DNA of 64,000 nucleotides, taken from positions 1 to 64,000 of the IMG/VR virus record IMGVR_UViG_3300038300_000071; one strand, 5' to 3'. The translations under genes were made by a program, and so were the position numbers. Source of the stretch: a virus. Its lineage: Duplodnaviria > Caudoviricetes. The notes under the pieces were generated by a model, which worked only from the letters and a program-made list of their open reading frames with translations, did not search any database and was not told the DNA's origin. Positions 12,927 to 25,096 of this stretch are shown one piece after another. Every line of letters starts with the position of its first letter. The stretch's first letter is position 1.

Positions 12927-13895
12927 ATGAGTAAAGTTTTTACAGAAAAAGATTTGTCGATTGACATTGTTGACCTAGACGGGTTTCCAGTAAATAAGTT
13001 TGACTATGTAGTATTGTCATTTGGAGATGGAAGGCCCGTAAAGACAAAATTTAGAGGAGTAAGGTTTTACGATTCAAATGGAAGCTTTCATGCTGACTTT
13101 GGAGAAAACAATGGAAGCTTGTCTAAAAAAGTGATTTGTAAAAATTGGGTAGTAAAGCTACCAGTGTATTTGGCTTACAACCAATATAACAATAAGGAGT
13201 GTAAAACTCCCAATGGCGCGCTTAAAGTTGGAACTAAGTATGTATTATAAAAAAAAGAGGATTTACAGATGATACCAGATTCGGACAAAAGAAAGCTAAA
13301 AAAGATTATTAAGAAACATGTAGCTCAAGGCTCTAGGCATGTAGATAATATAAAAGATATTTATAAGATCGTGAGAGAATGCTGCGAAGAGGAGTTCACA
13401 GAAGATAACAAGCCGACTTTGGATCATTTCCTTTCTGAATGCTTTTCAAAAAGCAAATGTATAGTTAAAGATATAAGTCTTGCGACATGGAAAGAGGGAG
13501 AGCCCAAATGGATTTGGTATGATGAAGAATCAGTCCCTAGACATATGTATAGTCAAATAACTAGAGATTATATTATTGATCTTTTAAATAGAGAAGATTC
13601 TCTTTTATGTAAAAAAGATGATATGATTAATTTTTTATCTAGCAATGTTAAGGTGCTTACCTATTCAATGGAAGAGGAAAATTATGTTGATCTGGAAAGG
13701 CCGATAAGCGAATATGAAGTTGAAGATCTGAAAATATGGAAAAAAGATATTCAATCCGATTTGAATAAAATGAAACTAGGGCTAAAGTCTATCTACGATA
13801 CAATAACTAAGTCGGAAGATAGGATTGAATTGTCAGATGAACATAAACTAAAATTTATTGATATTATCTGTAAAGAGATGAGAATCGATAAATAA
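12927..13895 (+). CDS. Two hypothetical proteins (12927-13250, 13269-13895)
   Basis: ORF track, SD sites. Confidence 0.6.
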
Positions 13896-13951
13896 TTTAA
13901 TTAACAATTTTAAGGAAAAATCTATTAGAAAGTAGATTAACTCATTCGAAG

Positions 13952-15025
13952 ATGAAATTAAAAGTCGAGAAAGGTTCCGAGATGATGAAAGATATAGAAA
14001 AGAAAATAATGGAAGGCCTAGAAGGGCACAAGGCTGCTATTTGGATGGCAGGGCCTGATCCAGATGCAATTGGATCGGCTGTTGGCCTACAATGGCTTTT
14101 AAAACAGAAAGGAATAGTTGCTGATATTTGGTATAGTGGAGTAATCTCACATCCTCAAAACAGAACTATGGTAAATCTATTAAATGTAAAGCTTAGTAAT
14201 GCATTAGAAGATGAGTATGATGCAGATAGTTATAAGACTAAGTTCTGCGTTGACTGTACTCCTAAGAATATTAACTTTCCTAAAAACGTTGATGGTAAGA
14301 TTGATGTTATTATTGACCATCATCCAAAAAACCTTAAATCCGAAGAAGGATTTCTTTTTGTAGATATGAGATCAACTGGATCTTGTGGAGCAATTATATA
14401 TGATTGGATCAAACATTTTGATTTGGCAGAAAGACTGGGAGACGATGAAGAAGGTGTAGATGTGTCAACATCTATATTGTTAGCTGTATTTAATGATACT
14501 GATTCCCTTACAAGTGAAGATATTCAGGCATTGGACTTTGAAGCTTATCAGAGTCTTCATAAGTATTGTGATATATCTAAGTTTAAAAATACTTTGGCAT
14601 ATCCTATACCCAAATACTTCTTAGATGTTAAAATGGAAGCAATGAAACCTAAGAATACTCACACTTTAAATACAACTCATATTAGTTGTGTTGGATATTT
14701 GTCAGCCAACAGAAGAGATATACTGGCTCAAATAAGCGATGAGAACGTAAGACTTGAAGGAATTAGTACTTCTATTGTTTTTGGAATAATAGATGGAAAT
14801 CTAGAAGGATGCTGTAGAAGTTCAGACGTAGCATTAAACCTTCACGCATTTACACAAAGCATTTTTGGCAAAGAGTTCTCAGGCGGTAAGTTTAGCAAAA
14901 GCGCAGGAAAAGTTCCTTTGGGCTTTTTAAGACCTGATGAAAACACTGGTGAAGAATTAAGAGGAAAAATACTAGAAGCTGTAAAAGCCAAAGTATTAAG
15001 CCTTATCGAAAAGGAAGTAGGATGA
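13952..15025 (+). CDS. DHH-family phosphoesterase (NrnA-like)
   Basis: PDPDAIGSA, VD, IIDHH, DT and GG motifs; DHHA1-like C-terminus. Confidence 0.88.
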   Translation: MKLKVEKGSEMMKDIEKKIMEGLEGHKAAIWMAGPDPDAIGSAVGLQWLLKQKGIVADIWYSGVISHPQNRTMVNLLNVKLSNALEDEYDADSYKTKFCVDCTPKNINFPKNVDGKIDVIIDHHPKNLKSEEGFLFVDMRSTGSCGAIIYDWIKHFDLAERLGDDEEGVDVSTSILLAVFNDTDSLTSEDIQALDFEAYQSLHKYCDISKFKNTLAYPIPKYFLDVKMEAMKPKNTHTLNTTHISCVGYLSANRRDILAQISDENVRLEGISTSIVFGIIDGNLEGCCRSSDVALNLHAFTQSIFGKEFSGGKFSKSAGKVPLGFLRPDENTGEELRGKILEAVKAKVLSLIEKEVG

Positions 15026-15475
15026 AAAAGTATAATTTCATATCTGAGCAAGAACACGAAGATAGAATGAACTTGTTGCTGAATGAAAGTGGTGATTTGG
15101 TGGATTTTTTAAATACCATAAAGGGAGAGCTGAAATGGCTTCTCAAAAAGACTCCTCCTAATTCTAGAGTTATAGACTGTGAAGGCCTTGTAGAGGAAAT
15201 AGACTTTGTTACGAAGCGCTACAACAATGAAGGTTATGACAATTACTACGACAGCAAGCCAAAAGGTATGGATGTTGTCTTGGAATCACTTATGATTGAA
15301 AACATGGCTCTTAAGGAAAGGGTTAAAAGTCTTGAATCGAAAGAGGCAAAGTCTCAACCGTCAAAGTCAGATAAAGATCCTTATAACCTCAGACATGAAG
15401 TAAGTGGTATGGGGTTTTCCAATTCCAAGATTAGAAAGCTAAAAGAAAAATATCTTTTATCATTGAAATAAACAC

Positions 15476-15512
15476 AAAGCGTCTTCTTTTCAAAAAGAGG
15501 GCGCTTTCTTTA
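15476..15512 (+). terminator. Intrinsic terminator
   Basis: AAAGCGTCTTCTTT...AAAGAGGGCGCTTT hairpin followed by a T-rich tail. Confidence 0.6.
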
Positions 15513-15683
15513 TGCGCTGTAAGAGCCTCTAATGTATTTATCGAATATCAATCGAAGTCAGATACGCATTTCTTACGTAAGTCTCGCCAGCACATCCCAA
15601 TTCATCTTATTTAGGCACATTCAACATTAACGTCTTGATAATAATTAAATATTATTATTTTTAATAAGGTTTTTAATTATTAA

Positions 15684-15911
15684 ATGAATATAAGGATGTA
15701 TCAGATGAACTATAGTCACGTTGCTAACGAGCTCTCCAAGATAGCCAAAATTCTAATGTCGGAAGATGAATACAAGGATAAGGTTAAGTCTTTAATGAAG
15801 AAATATGAAATTAAAAGTTTCTCGGAATTAAAAGATGATGAGAAGCTTTTATTTTATAAAGAACTCGATGATTCTTGGGTAAGTGAAAAAGAAAAATCCC
15901 AAGGAAAGTAA
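15684..15911 (+). CDS. Small protein with N-terminal ELxxIAxxL motif (possible virion-internal protein)
   Basis: VANELSKIAKILMS; same motif in ORFs at 26944, 29368 and 33263. Confidence 0.55.
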   Translation: MNIRMYQMNYSHVANELSKIAKILMSEDEYKDKVKSLMKKYEIKSFSELKDDEKLLFYKELDDSWVSEKEKSQGK

Positions 15912-15913
15912 CA

Positions 15914-16417
15914 ATGAATGCTAAAGACAACGAGGAGTGCGAAGGTTCTGTTTGTAACTCAAACGATGCAAAGACCTACAGAGATGAAATAAAATCACTA
16001 ATTAAAGACCTTAATAAGATTTCCTCAAAGAACTTGAAGGGGCCGTCTTTTAACAATGAGAAGATACTATTATGCGAAGACGACAAGATCAACCAGTTCA
16101 TTGTGTCTAAGGCTCTTCAAGTTCTTGGACTTAGTGTTGATATAGCCAACAATGGTCAGGAGGGTGTAGATCTTTTTAAAAAAAACAAATATGATTTAAT
16201 CCTCATGGACATGAACATGCCAATCAAAAGTGGTGTTGAATCTGCCATAGAAATCAGAAAAATAAATAAAGAAATTCCAATTATTGCCCTGACTGCAAAT
16301 GTTACAATAGAAGGCGCATGGCTTTGCAAGAAAGCGGGAATGAATTCCTTTTTTGCAAAACCCTTGAATTCTCCCATGCTGTCACTGGAAATTGACAAAT
16401 GGTTAAACAAGTACTAA
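15914..16417 (+). CDS. Stand-alone response regulator receiver domain
   Basis: ILLCEDD, YDLILMDMNMP (phospho-Asp), PIIALTA, AKP. Confidence 0.9.
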   Translation: MNAKDNEECEGSVCNSNDAKTYRDEIKSLIKDLNKISSKNLKGPSFNNEKILLCEDDKINQFIVSKALQVLGLSVDIANNGQEGVDLFKKNKYDLILMDMNMPIKSGVESAIEIRKINKEIPIIALTANVTIEGAWLCKKAGMNSFFAKPLNSPMLSLEIDKWLNKY

Positions 16418-16721
16418 TATTATATTTCATTTAAAGTACCAATGCGTGATATGTTCATCTTTGGTACTGTTTTCACTACTACAAATACTTAAGCTGAAAA
16501 CAGCGGATATTTAAACTTTCAGAATTTCAATTTCGTGCTTAAAAACTACTTATTTTTTCTTCTATTATTATAAGTAGTTTACACTCTTTGCTGACAATTC
16601 CCTCCATTTATTTCTTTCCAAAATTCATCATCTCTTATTTTTTTCCATTCATTATACTGGAATTATTAATTTCAAGATGTATATTTAGATCATTAAAAGA
16701 AAACTATGGAAGTTTCATTAA

Positions 16722-17210
16722 ATGTCAAAGATAGACAAGTGTTTGAATATAGCTTTAAATAAATCAACAAGTGAGGAAGAGTCTTTAGCTGCCTTTAATG
16801 CCGCAAGAAGATTAACACTTAATGATTATCAATCAGAAGAAATTCCTTCTAAGGACTTCACTCTTTCTGATACTACAGAAAACATTATCGATGTTATAAC
16901 TCCTTTAGCCAATAAAACTAATTCTTTAAATTTAGTCGTAGAATATTCAGTTATTGAAAGTATTGATAACTCTAAATTATTTTTAACTGTAAAGGGCGAA
17001 CCTTCAAATATTAAATCTTTTGAAACCTTTGTCACTACATTATCATTTGGAAAATATAACTTAGTGCAATTATTGGAATATATGGAAAAGCCTAAGGTTA
17101 ATCCTAAGCCAGTTAAGTCTCCCATCATGATTAATTTGACATATCTTTTTATGGTTTTATTATTTTTTATCGCGTTCATGCTTTTACTAATTTTTAGGCC
17201 AACGGTATGA
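16722..17210 (+). CDS. DUF2786-like protein with C-terminal transmembrane helix
   Basis: KIDKCL.IA...S..EE..AAF..A..L N-terminus; hydrophobic C-terminus. Confidence 0.5.
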   Translation: MSKIDKCLNIALNKSTSEEESLAAFNAARRLTLNDYQSEEIPSKDFTLSDTTENIIDVITPLANKTNSLNLVVEYSVIESIDNSKLFLTVKGEPSNIKSFETFVTTLSFGKYNLVQLLEYMEKPKVNPKPVKSPIMINLTYLFMVLLFFIAFMLLLIFRPTV

Positions 17211-17680
17211 TTGATTCAAAAAAAGAATCTTCCTTGTGGGTTGTACATAAGGATATGACCTTTAGGCTTAATCCAAACTTATTGACTGATAAAAATGCTT
17301 GGGATAAATTAGAACTTATTAAATCCACTCATTTGAATCGTTTAGATATTTGTTCTGAAATGGAAGATTCTCTTTCTAACCCTGCTTCTTTGAGAAAAAT
17401 GTTTAGAGAAGTTACAGAATTGGAATATCAACTTCAGGATATTTGGGGATTTGATCGTGATGCAAGTAAACACTATTGGAATCAAGCTCCTCATTGCGCT
17501 TGTGATTTTAAAATATTAGAAGATGAATGTATTGTTCATGGAACTATGGGAGGAGTTTTGTTTGTAGATCAATTGAAGCCAATTTAAATAGGCTGAAAGC
17601 AAATAGAAGCATTGAGTGTGTAAGTTGGTGAAAATAATTAATAATTGCCCTGAGGGCTCTTTAAATGGATTTCAATTAAG

Positions 17681-19261
17681 ATGAAATGGAAGAAAGTAAA
17701 AATAGACAATAGATTTGGCTTATTCAACACACTCATTATGGGCGGATTGATTAAAGAGCCTTTGAGTGGATGCTTGTTTATTTACGATGATGCCTTTGAT
17801 GAATATTTTTATTTCATGATAGAACTTAGTGTGGAGGCCTATCTTTATGGAGAAAGTTACATTTAAGAAAGTTCCTGAGGATGAGTACTGTCTGGTGAGA
17901 TTGAATGATCAATAATTTTATTACTGCGGAAAGAAAATATTCTACTATTTTTTGGGAAGTCTTAGAGGGATTTCCTGAAGGGTGTCTTTTTATTTATGAT
18001 TATGATTTTAGTGATTATTTTAACGGGAAATTCTCAAGCATGCCGCCACAATTCGATTATTTGGAGAGCATATTATCCAGACAAGATTCCACAAGTTTGA
18101 AATAAAGAGATTATCATGAATTGGAAAAGAGTAAATGAAGATAATTATCAATCGTTTGAGATGGAAATGTTTGATTATAGGCATAAAAGTCCTGAGGATC
18201 TGTTGAATATTTCAAATGGAATGTTAACTATATGGGATGATAGATTTGGAGAGCATATTATCCAGACAAGATTCCACAAGTTTGAAATAAAGAGATTATC
18301 ATGAATTGGAAAAGAGTAAAAGTAGAAAATTATCAATCGTTTGAGATGGAAATGTTTGATTATAGATATGAAAGTCCTGAGGATCTATTGAATATTTCAA
18401 ATGGAATGTTAACTATATGGGATGATAGATTTGGAGATCAATTTTTTGAGAAAAGTAGTTTTGTTCAGAGAAGGCTTTTGGACTTCCGAAGCGATATTAT
18501 AAAAGAGTACCTCAAGGATTATCATGAATTGGAAAAGAGTAAATAAGAAGAATTATGATTCATTCTCAAGTGATATTTATTGTTATCAGTTTGTAAGGGA
18601 TGCTGCTACCATGTTGGTAGAGTCGAATGGAATGTTAACTGTATGGGATGATGAGTTTGAGAAAGAATTTTCCAGCAAGGACTTTCGCTTCGACAATGAG
18701 ATTCAGTATTTTTTAGATTATAGAAGCAGCAAGATAGTTGGTACTTTCTATGCTGTATGAGTGGAAAAGAGTAAAAGTAGAAAACTATTATCCATTTGAG
18801 AATGAGATCATTAATTATAAATATCAACGAACTGATGAGCTGCTTGATGGTCTAAATGGAATGTTGACTATATGGGATGATAAGTTTGATGAACATGTCG
18901 GTTGGTCTTTACCTCGTTATGATGTTCAATATTGTTTAGATTTCAGAAGCAATCAAATATCTTTCTACATGGAGTGAATGAGATGAGATGGAAAAGAGTA
19001 AAGAAGGAAAACGGACAATCGTTTGAGGATCAAGTTTTTGATTTTTACAGAGATCAAGGATCTGATGGATTGCTCATTGGGGCATTGGTGGTGTGGGATA
19101 ATAACTTTGAGAAAAGATTTGATGGTTTTTTTGGAGCGATTGGGGCTGCGATTCGAGGAGCACCTGCATATCCATATATTACTGAGAGAACTCCCATTCA
19201 ACATTTTTTAGATTATAGGACTCGTTCTATAGTTTCAATCCAAAAGAGATTAAATGCGTAG
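17681..19261 (+). CDS. Tandem family of 7 small paralogs (17681-17866, 17905-18105, 18116-18304, 18301-18546, 18524-18760, 18750-18977, 18983-19261)
   Basis: Shared WK(K/R)V..(D/E)N N-terminus (absent in 17905), G.L.(I/V)(W/Y)D core and, in most, an LD(F/Y)R tail. Confidence 0.8.
18059..18437 (+). repeat. 185-bp tandem duplication bounded by the 9-bp microhomology ATTTGGAGA
   Basis: ATTTGGAGA at 18059, 18244 and 18429; near-identical units. Confidence 0.9.
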
Positions 19262-21760
19262 ACTCTTAAACTGCATGCTTTTTCCCTTTAGGGCAATTTT
19301 CATTCTTTGTTATTCTTATTTATTTCTTATTAAGGAGATTTTTTTTAAAAATAAAAAATGCTATACTTGTGATGCGTTTTTGTGTAGTGGGAATATTTAC
19401 TTTGATCATTGGTGTGATGAGGATTGTTCTCAGGCATACATGAATAGTCATTATGTTTATTTTTACAATTATAAATTTGTACCTTCTGGATGTCTATTTG
19501 TAAATCACATAGAAAGGCTCTAGTCGGCTTGAATTACTTCAATTCTATGATATTATATTTAAAGAAATAAAAAGGAATTCATTTAAATGCGCGATCATCA
19601 ACAGACAAGATATCAGCTTTCAGAAAAGATGAGATTTTATAGGCGGATAAGTATAACTTCAGCTGCAAGTGCTGTTCAATATGAAATTTATGAGATGTGC
19701 GACATTACTATGGCAATTGGAGTAGCTTGCAATGATGGTCATGATATTGATGTTGATTCAATGTCGGTATTATTGCGACATATGGAATGGGGCGAAGATG
19801 ATTTAAAAATTACAATGGTTTATTATTTAGACGAAAATTCTAAGTGGGTCATGTATCACAAATATCTTGGAGTTATAGAGTTCAACGGTAATAGTCATCG
19901 TAATGAATTTAAACATGTAAACAATCAGTTTTTTTTAAATGGAATTTTCCAGAGTATGAATGCTTTGGTGAAATAGAAGAATCTCACCCGGACTGCGAGA
20001 AATGCGGAGTTAGAAATGCTTGTGCTTTAAGAAATTAACAGAAGAGATTGAAAAATGAATATATGTGTTAAATGTAGAAGAGAGATGTTTTGCCTGAAGA
20101 CTGGATCAGCGGCTCATTTTGGGAATGGACATTGTTATGCTGGGGATATTTTCAAGTGTAATGATTGTGGATCTGAGGTATTAGTTTGTGTCAGTAAGTC
20201 CCACAAGGCTGATGATTCTCTATTGAAGAGAGATTTGCATGTGGATATGGTTGGGAGGCAGTAAATGATTTCTATAGTGGTGGAAGATGGAATAGAGGCT
20301 GGAGGATTTGTTCCTTTTCAAGCTGACTTTAATGATATGGATGGATATTCATATTATGCTAGATTTCGTCATGGGTCATTTACATTAAAGAGGAACAATG
20401 AGCCATATGATGAATTTGATTTTTCCAAATCTGAGTTTATCCTAAAGAAGACTTATACTGATGGTGGATATGTAGATTTTGAAGAGCTTAAGAGGATAAC
20501 GTCTCATATTCTTGTATGGCCAACTGAACTCGGAGTATTGAGAATATGTCGAAAACAGATTGTATAGTTTGCAGTGAGAATGGCATTTTGACAAATGGTT
20601 CTAATCTAAACATAAGTTTGGCTGAGAGCGAAGACTTGTTTATATGTTTTGATTGTTTTCAAAAGAGGATTGAGTTCGACGAAGATGGCGGTGGCTTGAG
20701 GATATTTGAAAGGCGGAGTGTGTGTCATTTGTGTTTTAACGATAGTGCTCATGTTTGCATCCCTTGCGGTATCAAGATGTATCATTCTCGGCTGAATGGA
20801 TTCTTAATGATATCGAAGGCTAAACCTTTATGACGGAGTGTATTTATTGCCTAAAGATTGGGAGAGTGTGTACCTTTGGTCTTGGGGGTGTAGCTAGTAT
20901 TCCTCGTTTAAATAAAATCTGCTCTAAGTGCTATGTGATAGATTTCAAGGCGAAGAACATTGAGAATGTTTTAGTAATTTACACCAAAGAGATTATATCG
21001 GATATCCAGAAATGAAGAACAAATACCCAGACTTCTTACTATGCAAGCTTTGCAAGAAAAAGATAATGTTTTATTTGGCAGAGGCGCATTGTGTTCATTG
21101 TCATACGTCATCCCTTTTATGTCCTTTCGGTTATTTATTGATAGATGAGGTTAAAGATGAAATTAAGGAATGAAATATCTGATAAGGAAAGGTTCTTAAG
21201 TCCTATGTGTGCTATTTGTGATGAGTATGCTTTTGCCCGTTTGGATGGTTTTTGCTATAGTGGTAATTTGGGAAGTGCTCCTTTGTATTGTGCGGATTGT
21301 TTGACAAACTGGACTGCGTATGAGAGCTGTAGGAATGGAAAGCTTCAAATCGGGAAAGAGGAGGAGTTTTAATGGGAAACCTTCTGAGAGGTTATAAAAA
21401 AAGATCTTGCATCTACACTGAATGTAAGTCGTGTGGAAGTTGCATCTCCAATATGGAAGGGTTTTGTAGTCCTGATTGCAAGTTTGAGCATGGATACTTT
21501 AAGCTTATTCGTTATTCGTACAAAGATATTCCAAATGGATGTTTGTTGGTAATGGAGAAAAGCAATCTAGCATGAATAGAAAACAAGAAGGAAGAATTGC
21601 AATAGCAGAATGCAAGTGCCCAACATGCAGATGTCTTCATTATCGTATGAAAAGTATTTTTAAAGAATCCGTGGTTTGTGATTCTTGTTTGGAAGATTGG
21701 ATTCAAAACGGCAAAGCTGGGCGATTGCAAGTAGGAAATAAAAAAGAAGAAATAAGTTGA
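19254..21760 (+). CDS. Cluster of small, mostly Cys-rich (Zn-finger-like) proteins, including an untracked ORF at 21012-21173
   Basis: Multiple CxxC pairs; most end with a G-x-L-x-(I/V) motif. Confidence 0.65.
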
Positions 21761-21870
21761 AAAGCGAATTGCACTTTGGGATTGCAGCGTTATATGTAAT
21801 ATTGTTATTACCGAATTTCTAATGGCAAATGCCAGAAATGGTAAACATATAAAATAAAAGGAATTGACAA

Positions 21871-23877
21871 ATGTCAGAATTTAAAGTTTTAAAGAATGCT
21901 GTAAAGAAAAAGTTTGATGAGATGAGCAAGTATGACTTGTTTGTAACGGACGTAAGTAAAGACGACATCTGGGATGTATATATTAATAGTTTCCCAGAGG
22001 GCACAAATCCAATTTATAAAGAAAGAACTGAACATGATTGCCAGTGCTGCAAGCAGTTCTTAAGAGCGGTTGGTGGTGTTGTAAGTATCATCGACGGAAA
22101 AGTCGTTTCTGTTTGGGATGTTGAGATTGAGGGATTTTATCAAGAAGTCGCCAATGCTCTTTCTGCTTATGTTAAATCTAAAGCAATTAAAAATGTATTC
22201 CGTCATTATGAAAATTCTGCCGGAACGGATAAGAGTATTCAGTTGGTTGAAGAAACTACTGTAACTTGGGGTCATTTTTTCTGCAAGCTTCCTGCGAAGT
22301 TTGTAAAGAGCAATGATGACATTGCTTCTCAACTGTCTGATTACCGCAGCAACTTTGATGTATTGAAGCGTTCTCTTGAAGAAATAACTCTTGATTCTGC
22401 TGAGACAGTTCTTGAGCTGATTGATCAGAATTCACTTTATCGTGGAGCTGAGCATGAAGGAATTGTAACAAAGTTTGTAAGCATTAAAAAAGCTTTCGAT
22501 AAAATTAAAGAGATTGATCGTGAAGTTTTCCTTTGGGAAAAATCTGTCAAGCTTAAAGGCGCTTCTAAGATTCGTAATACTGTTATTGGAAGTTTGCTGA
22601 TTGACTTGTCGGAGGATAAGGATTTAGACTCATCTGTTAAAAGTTTTGAATCAAAAGTAGCTCCTACGAATTATAAGCGTCCAACTGCTTTAATCACAAA
22701 AGGCATGATTGCAAAGGCTCAAACTAAAGTTGCAGAGCTTGGACTTGAAGATTCTTTGGAAAGACGATTTGCAGTAGAGAAGGACATTACTATCAATAAT
22801 GTTTTATTTGCTGACAGAGAAGTCAAAGCCAACATGAATGTGTTTGATGAAATGTCTGATGAAGTTGTAACTAAGTCTAAGAGTTTGGAAAAGGTTGAAG
22901 AAATTGACATCAAAGATTTCCTTGATCGAGTTGTTCCAAAGGCTGATTCTATTGAAGTTTTGGTAGAGAATAAGCATAGTGGTAATTTCATGAGTTTGAT
23001 TGCTCCAAGCAATCCAGATTCTAAGAACATGCTTAAATGGAAGAACAACTTCTCATGGGCTTACAATGGCGAATTGACAGACTCCATCAAAGACCGTGTT
23101 AAGAGTGCTGGTGGTAATGTTATGGGCGATCTACGCTGTTCTTTATCTTGGTTTAATGGTGATGATCTAGATATCCATGTTCATGAGCCTTGCGGCAATA
23201 AGATTCATTATGGAAATAAAAATAATCGTTTGACTGGCGGAACGCTTGATGTTGATATGAATGCTGGTGGAGCGAGTTCAAGAACTCCAGTAGAGAATAT
23301 AACATGGGCCAACAGAAAGAAAATGAATGAAGGCGTTTACAAAGTTATTGTTCACAATTTTTCAAAGCGTGAAACTGTTGATGTTGGTTTTGATGCAGAG
23401 ATTGAGTTTGATGGAAATATTACATCATTCAGTTATGACAAAGCTGTAGCGAACGATAAAAAGGTTACAGTTGCTGAGTTTAAGTATTCTCATAAGAATG
23501 GAATTGAGATGATTAAGACTTTGCCAACTTCATCTTCTTCTAAAGAAGTGTGGAACGTTAACACTGAGACATTCAACAAAGTCAAGATGATTATGAATTC
23601 TCCTAATCATTGGGATAATGATGAGACTGGCAATAAGCATTGGTTTTTCATTGTTGATAAGTGTAATAGTGGGGAGAGAGGCCGAGGATTTTTTAATGAG
23701 TTCTTAAATGAGGATCTTCGTGAGCACAGAAAAGTGTTTGAAGTGTTAGGATCTAAATTGAAGGCAGAGCAATCTGACAATCAGTTAAGTGGTTTAGGGT
23801 TTTCATCAACGCAAAGGAATCACGCTTATTTCAAAGTGTCTGGTAAATTTGCAAGAACAGTAAAAGTTAATTTTTAA
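21871..23877 (+). CDS. Conserved large-phage protein with YfaP/DUF2135-like C-terminal domain
   Basis: HDCQCC Zn site; DDLDIHV.EP.G..I.Y...GG.LDVD.N...PVENI.W motif. Confidence 0.65.
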   Translation: MSEFKVLKNAVKKKFDEMSKYDLFVTDVSKDDIWDVYINSFPEGTNPIYKERTEHDCQCCKQFLRAVGGVVSIIDGKVVSVWDVEIEGFYQEVANALSAYVKSKAIKNVFRHYENSAGTDKSIQLVEETTVTWGHFFCKLPAKFVKSNDDIASQLSDYRSNFDVLKRSLEEITLDSAETVLELIDQNSLYRGAEHEGIVTKFVSIKKAFDKIKEIDREVFLWEKSVKLKGASKIRNTVIGSLLIDLSEDKDLDSSVKSFESKVAPTNYKRPTALITKGMIAKAQTKVAELGLEDSLERRFAVEKDITINNVLFADREVKANMNVFDEMSDEVVTKSKSLEKVEEIDIKDFLDRVVPKADSIEVLVENKHSGNFMSLIAPSNPDSKNMLKWKNNFSWAYNGELTDSIKDRVKSAGGNVMGDLRCSLSWFNGDDLDIHVHEPCGNKIHYGNKNNRLTGGTLDVDMNAGGASSRTPVENITWANRKKMNEGVYKVIVHNFSKRETVDVGFDAEIEFDGNITSFSYDKAVANDKKVTVAEFKYSHKNGIEMIKTLPTSSSSKEVWNVNTETFNKVKMIMNSPNHWDNDETGNKHWFFIVDKCNSGERGRGFFNEFLNEDLREHRKVFEVLGSKLKAEQSDNQLSGLGFSSTQRNHAYFKVSGKFARTVKVNF

Positions 23878-23903
23878 AAAACAAAACAAAAAGGAAAAAC
23901 AAA

Positions 23904-24296
23904 ATGGATATGTTTAAAGAGGCAAGTAAAATCAAGTTACGTTTCGGAACTCAAAAGGGTCAAGTAACTGCTGAGGATCTTTGGGATCTTCCTTTGACAA
24001 GTGCAAGAGGAGTTTCTCTTGATGGAATCGCTAGAGCTGTAAATCGTGAATTGAAGAGCAGTGAGGAAGAGAGTTTTGTCACAACTGCAAGTAAGGCTTC
24101 TGCAGAGCTGACACTTAAGCTTGAAATTCTCAAAGACATTATTGCATCTAAAGTTGCAGACAGAGAAGCATCTAAGTCTAAGGCTGAGAACAAAGTCAAG
24201 AAGGCAAAGATTCTTGATATTCTTGCAAAGAAGCAGAATGATAGTCTTGAGAACATGAGTGAAGAAGATCTCAAGCAGATGGTAAAAGATCTGTAA
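23904..24296 (+). CDS. Conserved phage coiled-coil protein (partner of the upstream gene)
   Basis: FKEASKIKLRF.TQKG...EDLWDLPL motif. Confidence 0.6.
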   Translation: MDMFKEASKIKLRFGTQKGQVTAEDLWDLPLTSARGVSLDGIARAVNRELKSSEEESFVTTASKASAELTLKLEILKDIIASKVADREASKSKAENKVKKAKILDILAKKQNDSLENMSEEDLKQMVKDL

Positions 24297-24360
24297 TATG
24301 ATTTAACCTTAAAGCGTCCTCATTAATTTGTGGGCGCTTTTTTTATTTGGATTAAAAACT

Positions 24361-24969
24361 ATGTCTATAAATATGACACAAGAGTTTGAGTTTGAGACTG
24401 ATAATATTGGGTCTTTAATGAAGATGTTGAATACAATTGGAAGTATATTGTTTGACGATACTAAAATAACAATCTCAAAGAAGGCTGAGGATTTCAATTT
24501 TTGTTTTGATGATGGGAAGTATGATAACTATGATGGCTATGTGGTTTTCGGCAAGGATGTTATCAAGTCTGAGAAAATAGTATCTGGAGTAAAGGTCTGC
24601 AAGGGAGTGGATTGTTTTTACAAGCAGAAAGACGCAATTGAGAAGGCTGCCAATCTCAACAGGGGATTGGATGACACTCCAACTAGAAAGTTCTTAATGT
24701 GCATTGCTACCAACTACAGTGATTATAAGGGTGGTAAGAATTATGCAAATTTTAAAAACGGCAAGAAGTATATTGATAATACCGTTCTTGATTTGTTGAA
24801 CGATGAGAAGCTTCGTAGTGAGTTTTGGAAAGAGTGCGGCAAGGGTTACAATGTAGGATTTGACAGTCAGGATGGAAGTATTGATGTTGGTTATCGTTTG
24901 AACTGGAGTCCATCTGGAGCGGAGGACAGGTTGCATTTAAGTTTAGTTCATATGTATTATGGAAAGTAG
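24361..24969 (+). CDS. Hypothetical protein
   Basis: Start moved downstream of the terminator at 24311-24345. Confidence 0.5.
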   Translation: MSINMTQEFEFETDNIGSLMKMLNTIGSILFDDTKITISKKAEDFNFCFDDGKYDNYDGYVVFGKDVIKSEKIVSGVKVCKGVDCFYKQKDAIEKAANLNRGLDDTPTRKFLMCIATNYSDYKGGKNYANFKNGKKYIDNTVLDLLNDEKLRSEFWKECGKGYNVGFDSQDGSIDVGYRLNWSPSGAEDRLHLSLVHMYYGK

Positions 24970-24990
24970 TATTTGAGGTTGCGGGCGGTC

Positions 24991-25022
24991 AGGGCTCAAG
25001 GTTAAACCCTTGAGCCCTTTTT
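24991..25022 (+). terminator. Intrinsic terminator
   Basis: AGGGCTCAAGG/CCTTGAGCCCT stem plus T run. Confidence 0.8.
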
Positions 25023-25096
25023 GATTATTTTTTTATATAAATAACTATTTTAAAAAGTAATAGAATGTTTATGTTGAGTGTATCGGAGTCGTCTAA

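Noticed and set aside
17681-19261. CRISPR array
   Set aside because: The repeats are coding paralogs of about 185-280 bp, not short repeats with unique spacers; no cas genes.
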